DNA from: a bacterium
GTDB taxonomy: Bacteria > Zhuqueibacterota > Zhuqueibacteria > Zhuqueibacterales > Zhuqueibacteraceae
NCBI GenBank assembly: GCA_044869275.1
Contig: JBIOXB010000075.1
Location: forward strand, 13,120 to 77,119
Direction: 5' to 3'
DNA: 64,000 nt
A program made the translations under genes and the position numbers. The notes under the pieces were generated by a model that saw only the letters and a program-made list of their open reading frames with translations, did not search any database and was not told where the DNA came from. This document shows, one piece after another, positions 10,401-23,573 of this stretch (within the stretch, counting starts at the first letter, position 1; every line of letters starts with the position of its first letter).

Positions 10401-12784
10401 ATCGCATAGGTTCTTGGATCGCGCGCGTCCGCGCGGTCTCTCACATACAAGGAAAATAGCGTGTCGGTGTAATTATTGCGTGTGGGTGTGCCGCTCAAGT
10501 TGCCGTTCACCGAAAACTGCAGCCACGCCGGTTTGCGCGTGGCCAAGAAGGTCAGAGAATCACCTTGATCATCATCGCGGGCCGTCATTTTGTATGAATA
10601 AACCGCGCCTTCGCTTGCGCGTGGCGGCGCCGCACTCGTGATTTGCGGCGGATCGTTGGTGTTCACCACCCTTACCTGGAATTGTTGCTGCCCGAAATTG
10701 CCCTGGCGATTCGTGACGGTGATTTTCACCGCGTGCAGGCCGACGTGCTCGTTCAAAGGCGTGCCGCTTAGCTCGCCTGGCGACGTCAAGGAAAGCCAGG
10801 CCGCGTCTGTTTCCAATTCATACTCCAACACTTCTTGTGGGTTGGGATCGCTCGCCAGGATGCGATAACGGTAGACCTCATCCTCCCTCGCGATCGTGTC
10901 CGGCCGTGAAGTGATGGCCGGCGCAGAAAAATCAGCCAAAACGCGCAGCTTAAAATTTTGCGTCGCCCGCCCACCTTCAAGATCACTCGCCTGGATTTGG
11001 ACGTCAAATTCGCCACGATCGTTGGCGCTGGGGAGGCCATGCAAAGTTTTTTCAGCCTGATCGAGCTGCAACCATGCCGGTGCCGTGGCCACCGCCAGTT
11101 CCGGCTGCGCCTCAGAATCAAAGTCAAGGCTGGCAATGGTGTAGGCGTATGCCGTATTCACATAGGCGGTTTCCGGCGGCGTGGAAACGATCAGGGGTGG
11201 CACGTTCTCAAATTTCCCATCTGCAGCGAGGGGCTGGGCATAAATGTCATCGCTCGGTTGGCGCCCGTCGCTCCACGCCGCCAGGGCCCGGCCATTCGCG
11301 CGTGCGAGGATCACGGGCGTGGAAGTCTCTTCTTCATGATCCGTCAGGAAAACCCCTGCGGCTGGCCACAATGGTCTGCCGGCTGCATCCACGCGCTGTG
11401 CGGCGATGGTCGTACCGCTGTTGCGATCTTCTTCCCAAACGCAAAAGAATCCTCCCGCAGCATCGCCAGCAGCGCGCGGGCGATATTGCCCTTGTTCTGC
11501 CCGTACGATCGCAAGGCCCGCAGCGGACCACAACAAGCGGCCGTCGCGGCTGAGGCGCTGCGCATAAATGTCGCCGTCGTCGTTGCGTGCATCCTCCCAT
11601 ACCAATATCAAGCCGCCCTCCTCGGCGCCAAGCAGTTGTACCTCTTTTTGTTCGTCGGATGCTCTTCCTGCGGCCAACCCCAGAATGCTCCACTGCAGAA
11701 GGCCGCTGGTATTTAACCGCTGCACGTAAACATTCGGAATGTTAAGGCGCCGCTCAATCCAGGCAGCATAAACGGAAATGCTGCCAGTGTTGTTCGCCTC
11801 GACATGCAGCATGGCCTCGCTTTGATCGAAAAGCGATTGCGCCACCCAGGCTGCGGCGTTCCAAACTTTATTGCCGTTGAGATCGAAGTTTTGCACGAGC
11901 ACGCGTGCAGGCGTGGTCCGTTCATCGCGCCAAGCCAAAAAAAAGCCTTGTCCTGTGTGCGCAGCGGCGTCGCCGAGCAACTGGCTGCGCGCTTCCTGCA
12001 CCAGCGCAACGCCGGCCGGATTCCACAGCTTGTCACCCCCGGCATTCACGCGCTGCGCAAAAATGTCCCAATTGCCGGCGCGTTCATCCTGCCAAAGCAC
12101 TATCGCACCACCGGCGCCGTCTGCAATTACCAACGGCACCGTTTGCTCGCGGTTGCCGCGATATATTTCTTTGCCGCCTTCGCCCCAGAGCCGTACGCCG
12201 TCGCCATTCAATCGTTGTGCAAAGATCTCACCGTCGTCGCTGCCGGCGGCCTCCTGCCAGGCGACGATAAAGCCGCCGCTGCCGTCCGGCATGACCGCGA
12301 ATTGTACGTGCTGGCCGGCAGTTCTCGCGGCTTCCAAACCGTCCCTTTGCCACAGCGGTTGGCCGAAAGGACTCAAGTGCTGGCAAAAAATCTTTTGCTG
12401 CGCACCGCGTTGATCCAACCACAATATGAATGCGCCATCCCCGCCGTCTGCAACCATCACCGGTGCGGATTGATCGCCAGGGGCGCGGCTGATCGGAAGA
12501 TTGTAAAAACCGGCGGCAGGCAACACGGTGGAGACGCTGAAAAGCAATGCTAGCCTAGCCACTGCCAAGTTGAGCGTATTGCGATTTCGTCCTGGGCGGA
12601 CCGATGCTTTGGGGCTGTCCTTCCGTAAGAAACTACCCTCCGGCCGCGCACAACCATGGCTGGGGAGATCGTCTGAGCGCAAGGGGGGATGCCTGCGGCA
12701 TAGCAGGAGCAGCAATCGGTTTTTACTTTTTCCGAAATGCATAAAAAGATTCTTCCAGGAAGACGTGAGATCGAAAGGAGGCAC
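7463..12784 (-). CDS. Large secreted protein: repeated beta-propeller-like N-terminus, tandem Ig/cadherin-like (He_PIG-type) repeats, FlgD-Ig/T9SS-like C-terminal domain
   Basis: Repeats DG.GG.IV.W.D.R...DI.AQR; repeats N.PP.ITS.P....Y.Y...A.D.D...P.WL...L.GTP; C-terminal SYPNP...IWNVLGQPVRSL...WNGRDDAG..VAAGVYF. True start probably downstream of 12784. Confidence 0.8.
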   Translation of the reverse strand: MPPFDLTSSWKNLFMHFGKSKNRLLLLLCRRHPPLRSDDLPSHGCARPEGSFLRKDSPKASVRPGRNRNTLNLAVARLALLFSVSTVLPAAGFYNLPISRAPGDQSAPVMVADGGDGAFILWLDQRGAQQKIFCQHLSPFGQPLWQRDGLEAARTAGQHVQFAVMPDGSGGFIVAWQEAAGSDDGEIFAQRLNGDGVRLWGEGGKEIYRGNREQTVPLVIADGAGGAIVLWQDERAGNWDIFAQRVNAGGDKLWNPAGVALVQEARSQLLGDAAAHTGQGFFLAWRDERTTPARVLVQNFDLNGNKVWNAAAWVAQSLFDQSEAMLHVEANNTGSISVYAAWIERRLNIPNVYVQRLNTSGLLQWSILGLAAGRASDEQKEVQLLGAEEGGLILVWEDARNDDGDIYAQRLSRDGRLLWSAAGLAIVRAEQGQYRPRAAGDAAGGFFCVWEEDRNSGTTIAAQRVDAAGRPLWPAAGVFLTDHEEETSTPVILARANGRALAAWSDGRQPSDDIYAQPLAADGKFENVPPLIVSTPPETAYVNTAYAYTIASLDFDSEAQPELAVATAPAWLQLDQAEKTLHGLPSANDRGEFDVQIQASDLEGGRATQNFKLRVLADFSAPAITSRPDTIAREDEVYRYRILASDPNPQEVLEYELETDAAWLSLTSPGELSGTPLNEHVGLHAVKITVTNRQGNFGQQQFQVRVVNTNDPPQITSAAPPRASEGAVYSYKMTARDDDQGDSLTFLATRKPAWLQFSVNGNLSGTPTRNNYTDTLFSLYVRDRADARDPRTYAIPVDLSNTRPRFTSTPPTTIPEDSLYRYQIAINDPDPDEELRLTLQQAPAWLQLDSLTRLLSGTPSNDHVGEHSVSLEVRDRKNARDQQRFTLRVANSNDPPTFTGEMDTVAFVDSLYQYQVTAQDIDAGDRVTITIAQAPAWLTWDAANERLHGTPRLPDAGVHVITLHAQDLSQAVTTQQFLLRVYNLGAPDATAPASPQVVTITPANWSRLAGFTVRWQNPFDPSGITGAFYKMDSPPDGNRDGELALPPAGQTIQEVSLLAPREGKVPFYVWLVDGSGNVDYRTAIRVDCRYDASAPQPPSKLHAGNAFAWAGNDTLRFEWQPATDALSNIARHDLILAGRTIRRLPGAARAFKLDTVLAERKYDWRIAAFDSAGNTATSATASFRVDHTPPTLSHTPLDTVAAEETSSVRATARDQLGGIASVRVLFRTTGLSDFSEILMPAEGGEFVASIPGAAIRSPGLQYVILAADSAGNVGRSTVNADPRAVHAVVVKSQQIPAPTTTRGKYYQLVSIPYRLFSNSPEAVFADNLGAYDPMGWRLYAYAPRAGNIEFGKPEFQPLEPGRAYWLITAKPQAFDAGVGFSVTTAQDFLLELQPGWNLIATPFDFPTDWSTVQRPPLVEAQLWAFNGKQYLAHRAVMQPWQGYFVRNLSGQPQTLVIPPQCAGCATNSPVNSTTSDIPARAGVSSPAGERRNVQETPAYAAEDIPGPATIAAAPFIWQLQLTLRNDEFADTQNWLGVSTYAHEGWDGMELSEPPPAAGEFVSLRFPQEHWQEFKGDFTTDFRPPAAAVEKWVFEVLAAQAGKALTLDFQLTGEFPGDGKMLLQDEDGLVREIDFDENGRAQSLALRSAAAPRRFTLWAGSQDELNKTGLLAAALPQAFSLAPSYPNPARLQAHAQAASTMRFSLPVETEVELTIWNVLGQPVRSLLHQHLGAGHHEILWNGRDDAGQMVAAGVYFCRMKSGQFNAIRKIILLH

Positions 12785-12832
12785 CGCTCAAACGGTGCCC
12801 GCTCTCCTCGCCTGAAACGATGCGCTTGCGTT

Positions 12833-13642
12833 TCACTGTGGTGGCGGTCCAGGCGGCTCGGGCAGCAATTTCGGCTGTCCTTCCGCTGCTTCGCGCCCCA
12901 ATAGCCAATAGGCTGAGCCGCCGCCCACCACCGCTGCGGCGGAAAGATACCACCACCATTTTCGCGATTTACTGCGTGCGACGGCCGGTTCGGAAAGCGC
13001 GAGCGGCAAGGGCAGCGGCGTGACGGTCTCTTCTTGCGAAAAAATGAGCTCGGGCGCGCCCAACAATGCTTGCATGAGCACGCGGGCGTCAAAATCTGGC
13101 GTGAGGGCGTATGCCGCTTCACCCACCTGCTGCAGCCGATGCTCGCTGGCGTGCACTTTCGTCACTTCTCCAGAAGCACCGTCGAGCCAGCGCAAAATCA
13201 CGCGCAGACCAAGCGGCTGTGAAGGCTGGGCGATAACGTTAACCACCGGCAAAACCATTTTTTGCACCGCGAACGCAGCGCAGAGCTTGCTCACGCTGTC
13301 GGGATGAAACGGATCGAAAGCCGGGCGTGATCGCAAAAACTCGCTGAAGGTTTCGGGCGGCAGGGGAATCAAGCTTTCTTCAGGCAGAGCGGAAGAGAGC
13401 AGCGTCGAAATTTGCGTTGACAAGCGCGCAAAAGCGGAATCCGTTTTCGCGTGCGCGGCCAGCCCGCTGTGAGGTTGCGGCGGTGCCGCGATCGCGGGAT
13501 AAATCGCGACGCGGAGGCGATCCTGGCCGCCGGCCGTCTGGCACAACCCTGCAGCAAAAAAGCCCGGCAGCCACCAAGCAGTGACGCCAATCAGTGCAAA
13601 GCATGAGCGAAAAGTCGTATTCATCGCCCGCTTACCATCCAT
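12833..13642 (-). CDS. Hypothetical exported protein with C-terminal hydrophobic anchor
   Basis: N-terminal signal-like segment; C-terminus KWWWYLSAAAVVGGGSAYWLL...LPEPPGPPPQ; first gene of the apparent operon. Confidence 0.65.
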   Translation of the reverse strand: MDGKRAMNTTFRSCFALIGVTAWWLPGFFAAGLCQTAGGQDRLRVAIYPAIAAPPQPHSGLAAHAKTDSAFARLSTQISTLLSSALPEESLIPLPPETFSEFLRSRPAFDPFHPDSVSKLCAAFAVQKMVLPVVNVIAQPSQPLGLRVILRWLDGASGEVTKVHASEHRLQQVGEAAYALTPDFDARVLMQALLGAPELIFSQEETVTPLPLPLALSEPAVARSKSRKWWWYLSAAAVVGGGSAYWLLGREAAEGQPKLLPEPPGPPPQ

Positions 13643-13918
13643 GTAAAGTGCACCTTTCAGACGATTTCCTGCTCATCCCGAAGCGTCGGGACGAGTATGA
13701 CGAAAATTTCATCAAAGACATGAGCGCCTCCGCATCAAACGCCTGGAAGCCGGACGGCAAGGAACATTGCAGCCGAGTCCTGTTGTATAGAATACGCGCA
13801 ATACCGCGGGATGCGTTCTACTGTGAATGAAATTTGCGGTTCTATCCGCTTGAATTTGCTAGGCTATCCTGGCAAGGGGATATCGCGTGGGGGCACCTGT
13901 GGCGAGAGCATGGGAACG

Positions 13919-13947
13919 AAAAAAGGGCGGCCCGAAGGGCACGCCCT
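13919..13947 (-). terminator. Intrinsic terminator after the ABC ATPase gene
   Basis: GC hairpin agggcg/gccc..gggc/cgccct followed by a T-run on the minus strand. Confidence 0.7.
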
Positions 13948-13971
13948 AAAATAAAGCGGAAAAATTCCGGC

Positions 13972-14661
13972 TCAGTTCCGGCGTTGCAAGAGCCGGTCCT
14001 CTTCGATCGACCCATCGCGCAAGCGCACGATGCGGCGCGCGTGGCTGGCGATCTGCTCGTCGTGCGTGACGAGAATAATCGTATGGCCTTGACGGTTCAA
14101 TTCACCTAGGACCGCCATGATTTCTTCCCCGGTTTTGCTGTCCAAATTCCCGGTGGGCTCGTCAGCGAGGATAATGGAAGGATTGTTGACCAGCGCGCGC
14201 GCGATGGCCACGCGCTGGCGCTGTCCGCCGGAGAGCTCGTTGGGCTTGTGATGCATGCGGTCGCCGAGGCCCACGCGTTCGAGCGCATTTTTGGCCTGCT
14301 CCCGCCGCTTGGCAGCCGGAATGCCGGCATAAATCAACGGCAATTCCACGTTATGCAGGGCGTTCGCGCGCGGCAAGAGGTTGAAGGTTTGAAACACGAA
14401 GCCGATGCGGCGATTGCGAATCTCCGCGAGTTGATCGTCGTTCATCTTGCTGACTAATTCACCGCCGAATTGATACTCGCCGCTGGTCGGCGTGTCCAAG
14501 CAGCCGAGAATGTTCATCAGCGTCGATTTGCCAGAGCCGGAAGGCCCCATAATCGCGAGGTATTCATTTTCAGCGATCTGCACGTCAACTCCGCACAGGG
14601 CGTTGACTTGAATCTCGCCGATTTCATAGGTTTTCACCAGAGCGCGTACGTCGATTAGCAT
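13972..14661 (-). CDS. ABC transporter ATP-binding protein, MacB/LolD-like
   Basis: [48 protein letters not shown]. Confidence 0.93.
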   Translation of the reverse strand: MLIDVRALVKTYEIGEIQVNALCGVDVQIAENEYLAIMGPSGSGKSTLMNILGCLDTPTSGEYQFGGELVSKMNDDQLAEIRNRRIGFVFQTFNLLPRANALHNVELPLIYAGIPAAKRREQAKNALERVGLGDRMHHKPNELSGGQRQRVAIARALVNNPSIILADEPTGNLDSKTGEEIMAVLGELNRQGHTIILVTHDEQIASHARRIVRLRDGSIEEDRLLQRRN

Positions 14662-14701
14662 GGGAATTTCTTTCGGGTTATGTGAAAAATAAATGGATGC
14701 T

Positions 14702-14750
14702 TTTACACGTTACACCTTACACCTTACACGTGTAAAGTGTAACGTGTAAA
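14702..14750. repeat. Heptamer (TTACAC[C/G]) tandem repeat arranged as an inverted repeat
   Basis: tttacacgttacac (14702-14715) pairs with gtgtaacgtgtaaa (14737-14750); inner palindrome ttacacgtgtaa. Confidence 0.8.
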
Positions 14751-14770
14751 GTGATGTAGCAATGCTCGTC

Positions 14771-16147
14771 CTACTCCTGCAGCAGCACGCCCATCGTGGC
14801 ATGGAGCTGCGCATACGCGATCATGCTGTCGTATTTAGCGCTGATAAAGGTGGAGCGTGCGCGGGTCAAATTGGCCTGCGCATTGATAATGTCCAGCAGC
14901 GTGCCCGCGCCGACGCGATAGCGCTCTTGCGCCAGCCGCAGATCTTCCTGTGCGGAGACGAGATTGTCACTGTTGATGGCGGTGATTTCTTTCCAGGCGC
15001 GCAGCGCCAGCAGCGCCTGTTCCGCTTCTTGCCGCAACGTGCGCAGCCGGTCGGCGTAATCTTCTTCAGCAATGTGATAAAGGAGCGATTGGCGTTGCAC
15101 TTCGGCGCGGTCGGAAAAACCATTAAACAGATTCCAGCGCAAGCCCAGGCCAATTGTTCCAGTCCAGTTCTTGCTGAAATCGCCATAGACCAGCCGGGCT
15201 TCGTTGTGGCCGCGGCTATAATTCGCATTGAGGCCTAAGCTGGGCAAAAAAGCCGTGCGCGCGATACCTTTGCCGAATTCTGCGCGCCGCATTTCATACC
15301 GCACACTTTGCAGCTCCGGATTCTTTTCCACCGTTATATTGACGACTTCATCCAAAGTGTATTCGCGAAAGGCAGGGACTTCTTCGATATCAACGATGCT
15401 GAGCTCGGTGCCCGCTTGCCTGCCCATGGCCACGTTCAATAAGTCGCGCGTGTTCGTAACCCGGTTTTGCTGGGTGATCAGATTGATGCGATCATTGCCG
15501 TGCGTCGTCCGCGCGCGGAACACATCGCCCTGCGCCACCGAGCCGATTTCGTACATACTCTCCGTGCGTTTGAGCTGTTCGTCACTCGATTTTGAGGCCT
15601 CTTCATAGACTGACAAAAGCTGCAGTTCCTTCAGATAGCCCAAATAGCGTTGATAGACCAGTAAAATCGTGCTTTGTTTGATTGATTCGTAGCTCTTAAT
15701 GCTGCTTTCCTCTGCGGCATCGGCCTCGCGGATGCGGTTCCAATTGGCGCCAAAATTAAAAATCGGCATGCTGAAATCGAGCCGGCCGGAATGGGAATTG
15801 GTGCTATAGCCATCTTGCGTTGCCGACCGGCGCTCGAAAATGGCGTTGCTGTCCGCGTCAAAACCCACGAGCACGTTCTCCTGAATATCGCGTTCGCCCG
15901 CCTGTGTTCGCGAGGAGCCGAGCGAAAGATCAAGGGAGGGTAAAATTCCAGACCGCGCCGCTGTCACTTGCGTGCCGGCAATGCGGCTGCGGCGCTCGGT
16001 GTTGCGCAACTCGGAATTGTTCTGTAGAGCAAGCTGAATGCACTCCTTTATCGTCAGCGGCTGGGCGTTTTGTGCCAAGGCCGGATCGAGGGATGGCAAA
16101 AGCAGCAACATTGCAAGCAGGTACGAAAAAGAATTCTTCACGGCCAT
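14771..16147 (-). CDS. TolC family outer membrane efflux protein
   Basis: Signal peptide, LTIKECIQLALQNN, two OEP halves, ERYRVGAGTLLD. Start 16147 or 16168. Confidence 0.88.
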   Translation of the reverse strand: MAVKNSFSYLLAMLLLLPSLDPALAQNAQPLTIKECIQLALQNNSELRNTERRSRIAGTQVTAARSGILPSLDLSLGSSRTQAGERDIQENVLVGFDADSNAIFERRSATQDGYSTNSHSGRLDFSMPIFNFGANWNRIREADAAEESSIKSYESIKQSTILLVYQRYLGYLKELQLLSVYEEASKSSDEQLKRTESMYEIGSVAQGDVFRARTTHGNDRINLITQQNRVTNTRDLLNVAMGRQAGTELSIVDIEEVPAFREYTLDEVVNITVEKNPELQSVRYEMRRAEFGKGIARTAFLPSLGLNANYSRGHNEARLVYGDFSKNWTGTIGLGLRWNLFNGFSDRAEVQRQSLLYHIAEEDYADRLRTLRQEAEQALLALRAWKEITAINSDNLVSAQEDLRLAQERYRVGAGTLLDIINAQANLTRARSTFISAKYDSMIAYAQLHATMGVLLQE

Positions 16148-16167
16148 GACTCCTTCCGAGTAATTCA

Positions 16168-16860
16168 TCAAAATATCGCCTTCAATCCCATGCCGAGGGC
16201 AAGAAAAACCGCCCAGCATGCGAACACAGTGACGATGCCCTTCTGATTGGTGAACTTATACGTGGCTGCGAAGCCGAGGCCCACCACGACCAGCCACCAA
16301 ATGTAGAACAGGTCGAATTGCGAAAATAAAAAGAACAACGGGGACCCTTTGTCCTCGCCCGCCAGAAATGCCAGGCTCGTGGGGCTGGTCATATCGCCGC
16401 GCGACAGCATGAGAGGAATGTGCACGATCATACTCAACAACGTAATCAGAGCACTCCAGCAGACCACGGCAAAGGGAATTTTGAATTTGGTTTCGCCGCC
16501 CAAAATGACATTTCCAACGAACAAGAAAACGCCGGCAATGAGAACATACACGACCGGGGTGAAAATCACGGGAGCAATCATGGTGCTCCCGCTAATCCAC
16601 GGCACCGCCGCATCCATTTGCTCCTGGGTCATGTTCGGGTTTTTCGCCATCTCGTCCAGGGCTTGTTCAATAATCAAATCTTTCAAGAAAAATCCCGATA
16701 GACCCGCCGCCACGATCATGATCAGTAACGGCACAACCCAGGACGGGCGCGCGACAATGTCGTCCATCGTCGGCCTTGGCGAAGTGCAAATGCCGATCAT
16801 GCGATCGATTGTACTTTGAGATTGCGGCACAGCCGCAGCGCCAGTGCTCATTGTTGCCAT
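16168..16860 (-). CDS. Yip1 family membrane protein
   Basis: P..T..DI..RPSWVVPL motif, about 5 TM segments, DLFYIW; RBS GGAGG. Confidence 0.75.
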   Translation of the reverse strand: MATMSTGAAAVPQSQSTIDRMIGICTSPRPTMDDIVARPSWVVPLLIMIVAAGLSGFFLKDLIIEQALDEMAKNPNMTQEQMDAAVPWISGSTMIAPVIFTPVVYVLIAGVFLFVGNVILGGETKFKIPFAVVCWSALITLLSMIVHIPLMLSRGDMTSPTSLAFLAGEDKGSPLFFLFSQFDLFYIWWLVVVGLGFAATYKFTNQKGIVTVFACWAVFLALGMGLKAIF

Positions 16861-17251
16861 GGCTTCCTCCTCCTCACGAATGGGTTAAAAGATTGTGAAA
16901 TAAGACGGATGATTGTAACAAAAGTTTCTTAACGGGTGTTAAACTTTATTACACGCAGCTAATCCCATGTTCACCAGGCAAGCTTTGCTCCGCGTAACGA
17001 GTGAAGTTCGCAGCGGTTTCCTGCTTCCGATATGTTTGCGGAAAACTTTGCTGCCGTCTAAAAAGGGCACCTCCGGTCTTCCGTTCCATGAAGGATGAGT
17101 GTTTTGAAACGGATGAACTGCTACACATTAGCTTGATACTGCTGGTCATGCTGCAGGGTCGAATCGTTGAGGAATTCCGGAGCGAGGGATGCTTGCGCCT
17201 TCTCGTGGTACGTTTTTCCTTCGGGATGACAGGATAGTGTTTTGGCCAAGT

Positions 17252-18691
17252 TTATAAAGCTGAACGCGTATTACTTTTTACCAATTCGTCTTGATTCTGC
17301 CGCATCACCTCATCCTTGATCGCCAGCAAATAATCCCGCGCCGCCTCGTGTTCGTTGGGGATGAGGCCGTCGAGAATCGCTTCCTCGATCGCGGCTTTGA
17401 GCTTGCCGACCAGCGGGCCGGGTGCCAGCTGGCAGAGCGCCATGATTTCCTCGCCGCGCACGGGCGATTGAAACGCGCGCATGCGGTCTTTTGCTTCCAC
17501 TTCCTGCAGGCGCTTCACCACAAAATCAAAATTGGCGAGATGGCGCTGCCGGCGCTTGACATTGCCGGAGGTGATGTCGCAGCGGCAAAACGCCAGCAAA
17601 TCCTCCAGATCTTCCCCGGCTTGAAACAGCAAGCGGCGATAGGCCGAGTCCGTGCATTCCTCTTCGGTGAGCGCGATCGGGCGCAAATGCAAGCGCGTGA
17701 GCTTTTGCACGTATTTGGCCCAATCCATGGGCAGCTTGAGCCGGCGGAAGATATTGGGAATCATGCGGCCGCCGGCTTCTTCGTGGCCGTGAAACGTCCA
17801 GCCTTTACCCGGCTTGAACTCTTTGGTGCGCGGCTTGGCAATGTCGTGATACAAAGCCACCAGCCGCAGCGGAATCTTATCGGAAATTTCCGCGAGATTG
17901 TCGAGCACCATGAGCGTATGGTTGAACACGTCTTTGTGTTGATAGCCTTCGTATTCCTCCACGCCCTTGAGCGCTGCCACCTCGGGCAGAATGATTTCCA
18001 GCACGCCGCATTTGTCCATCAACGCAAAGCCGTAGGAAGGCCTGGGCGCGGCGATGATTTTCAGCAGCTCGTCGGTGATTCTTTCTTGTGAGATGATTTT
18101 CAAGCGCTCACGCCTCTCGCGCATGGCGGCGAAAGTTTGTGCTTCGATTTCGAACTGCAATTGCGTGGCGAAGCGAATCGCGCGCAGGAGCCGCAGGGGA
18201 TCGTCATTAAAAGTCGCGGCCGGTTCCCGGGGCGTGCGCAGCAGGCGGGCTTGCAAATCCTTTTGCCCGTTGAACGGATCGATCAGCCTGCCGAAATCTG
18301 ACTTGCCGAGCGCCACGGCCATAGCGTTGATGGTGAAATCACGGCGCGCCAAATCCGCCTGCAAATCCGCAGCCTCCACTTCCGGCTTGCGCGAATCGCT
18401 GCGATAGCTTTCCCGGCGCGCGCCGACAAATTCGAGCTGCTGCTCGTCCCATTTCAACATCGCCGTGCCAAAATTGGGATACACCACCGGTGGGGGCAAG
18501 CGCAAATGATGCGCCAGCGCTTGCGCAAAGGCGATGCCGTCGCCGACAACGACGAAATCGATCTCGCAGCGCTGCTCCGCGCGCTGCAAAAGATAATCGC
18601 GCACGAACCCGCCGACGGCATAGGCTTCGGCGCTGACCTCATCCGCCAGACGGCCTACGGCTCTAAGAATCTTGTGGTCCTGAAGAATCAT
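17252..18691 (-). CDS. cca: CCA-adding tRNA nucleotidyltransferase / poly(A) polymerase family with HD domain
   Basis: VGGFVRD, RRDFTINAMA, DDPLRLLRAIRF, YHDIAKP. Confidence 0.88.
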   Translation of the reverse strand: MILQDHKILRAVGRLADEVSAEAYAVGGFVRDYLLQRAEQRCEIDFVVVGDGIAFAQALAHHLRLPPPVVYPNFGTAMLKWDEQQLEFVGARRESYRSDSRKPEVEAADLQADLARRDFTINAMAVALGKSDFGRLIDPFNGQKDLQARLLRTPREPAATFNDDPLRLLRAIRFATQLQFEIEAQTFAAMRERRERLKIISQERITDELLKIIAAPRPSYGFALMDKCGVLEIILPEVAALKGVEEYEGYQHKDVFNHTLMVLDNLAEISDKIPLRLVALYHDIAKPRTKEFKPGKGWTFHGHEEAGGRMIPNIFRRLKLPMDWAKYVQKLTRLHLRPIALTEEECTDSAYRRLLFQAGEDLEDLLAFCRCDITSGNVKRRQRHLANFDFVVKRLQEVEAKDRMRAFQSPVRGEEIMALCQLAPGPLVGKLKAAIEEAILDGLIPNEHEAARDYLLAIKDEVMRQNQDELVKSNTRSAL

Positions 18692-18810
18692 TCGCACAAA
18701 TGCGTTGTGACCTGCACAAAATTTTCGAAAAGGTATCGACGAAGTCTGAGCAGGTGATCAGCCCGTTTATACGTGAACAAGATAGCCACAAATTTTCTGC
18801 ACGGCAAGCG

Positions 18811-18860
18811 AAAACAAAATCGCCCATCGCTGTCGGTTTTACAACGATGGGCGTTTTTTT
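18811..18860. terminator. Likely bidirectional intrinsic terminator downstream of ppdK
   Basis: cgcccatcg.tgt / aca.cgatgggcg stem flanked by A-rich and T-rich tracts. Confidence 0.7.
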
Positions 18861-18945
18861 GAAACCGTTGCTCGTGGATCGTCGATTGTAGATCGCAAAA
18901 CTTCCGTCACGATCCACTATCCACCATTCTCGATCCTCGAGCCTT

Positions 18946-21780
<2,835 letters not shown>

Positions 21781-21821
21781 CGAAGGCATTCTCCTATTGT
21801 GGTGATGATTCAATGAATTCG

Positions 21822-23573
21822 TTAAGGCTTCTTTGCCGCAACCGCCAAAATCTGATGGTAGCGCGCTTGATTGCGCAACACCTTCAACGCTTCCTGAAAA
21901 ACCGGATCCTCATTCAAAGTCGCTTCCACCCGCCCACGCGTGCCAAACAGTTTCGCGGCGATTTCCTTTTTCAATTCACGCGCAATGAAGTCGCTGCTGC
22001 GGGCAAAATCGTCCGTTTTTTCCGCGAGCAGCGCATTTTCAAGTGTGGTCATTTCATTCGCCAGCTTGTCGAGATAACCCTCTTCTTTGGCGATGTTTTT
22101 TAAGTCCGCTAGTACCTCTTCGCTTTCGGAGACATAGGTGAAGTTCTTTTCTTGCAGAAACTTTTTGAATTCGTTCAGCAGAGCATCATCCACTTTGAAA
22201 TCGCGCGCAAGCGTGGAATGCTGGTGAGCATAAATCAAGGCGAATTGAAACATCATGGATTTGCGCAGCAGGCGGTCCTCGTAACGCGACAGGCGGGGGC
22301 TGTCGAGGCGGATATCCGGCTTGATGCCGCCGCCGCCGCGCACTTCGCGGCCGCCGCGCGTGCGATGCACGATCGTGGTATCTTCGCTCAGGCTATTTTC
22401 GTCCAACGCACCCGGCGTGTCCACTTGGTTGCCCGGTTCTTCGCTTCCTTCTTCTTCCGCGGCGATGATGCCGTTGTCTTTGTGATGCGGCAAACGATCC
22501 GGGCGCTGAATCAAGCGGCCACTGGGGGTATAGTATTTTGCCGTGGTGATTTTGAGCGCCGCGTCCCGGGTGATGGGCACCACCGTTTGCACCAGGCCTT
22601 TGCCAAAAGTGGGCGCCCCCACGATCACACCGCGGTCCAAATCTTGAATCGCTCCAGCGACGATTTCCGAAGCCGAGGCGCTGTACTCATTCACCAAAAC
22701 AACCAACGGCACAGTGCCGGCCACCGGCTCTTTCTCGGACAGGTATTCCTTGGCGCTGCCTTCCACACGGCCCTTGGTGGAGACGACGAGATCCCCTTTC
22801 TTGACAAAATTTTCGGAAACGGAAACCGCGGCGTCCAGCAAGCCACCGGGGTTGCTGCGCAAATCCAGAATCAAACCGGTCGCACCTTTGTCTTTCAAAT
22901 CGCGCACGGCTTGTTGAATCTCGTAACCGGCGTTCTTGGAAAATCCCGAGAGCTTGACGTAGCCCACACCGTCCTGCACCAGACCGGAATACGACACGTC
23001 CAGCACCGTGATTTCAGCGCGGATGAGGCGAAACTCCATGGGTTCGAGCTCGCCTTCACGCTCGATCTTGATCGTGATCGCCGTGCCGATTTCGCCGCGC
23101 AGTTTGGAGGCGACCTCGTTGATGGAAAGCTGTTGGGTGGCTTCGCCGTTGATCTCGACGATGCGATCGCCTTCGCGAATTCCGGCCTTGCCGGCGGGGT
23201 CATCTTCGAAGGGCTGCTCCACCACCGTGGGCGTGCCATCACGCAAGCCAATCTTCATCCCCAAGCCGCCGTATTTGCCAGTGGTGATGATTTGCAAATG
23301 CGAGTTGGCTTCCTGCTCGATCAACACCGTGTAGGGATCGAGTGTCTCCAGCATGCCGTTGATGCCCGCTTTCATGAAGCGGTCGGGGTCAACGGGCTGC
23401 ACGTATTTCTTCGAAATCTCCTGATACACCAAACCGAAGATTTCGATGTTCTTGCGAATTTCCTGCACGTAATCGGCGCTGACGCCCACGCCCCAATTGA
23501 GCGCCCAGCCGGCAACGGTCAGCAACGCGGCGGCGATGACGGCGACGGCCCCGGTTTTCTTATTCCAAGCCAT
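21822..23573 (-). CDS. ctpA: S41 family carboxy-terminal processing protease
   Basis: LDPY, PDZ domain (GGLGM), [30 protein letters not shown]. Confidence 0.9.
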   Translation of the reverse strand: MAWNKKTGAVAVIAAALLTVAGWALNWGVGVSADYVQEIRKNIEIFGLVYQEISKKYVQPVDPDRFMKAGINGMLETLDPYTVLIEQEANSHLQIITTGKYGGLGMKIGLRDGTPTVVEQPFEDDPAGKAGIREGDRIVEINGEATQQLSINEVASKLRGEIGTAITIKIEREGELEPMEFRLIRAEITVLDVSYSGLVQDGVGYVKLSGFSKNAGYEIQQAVRDLKDKGATGLILDLRSNPGGLLDAAVSVSENFVKKGDLVVSTKGRVEGSAKEYLSEKEPVAGTVPLVVLVNEYSASASEIVAGAIQDLDRGVIVGAPTFGKGLVQTVVPITRDAALKITTAKYYTPSGRLIQRPDRLPHHKDNGIIAAEEEGSEEPGNQVDTPGALDENSLSEDTTIVHRTRGGREVRGGGGIKPDIRLDSPRLSRYEDRLLRKSMMFQFALIYAHQHSTLARDFKVDDALLNEFKKFLQEKNFTYVSESEEVLADLKNIAKEEGYLDKLANEMTTLENALLAEKTDDFARSSDFIARELKKEIAAKLFGTRGRVEATLNEDPVFQEALKVLRNQARYHQILAVAAKKP

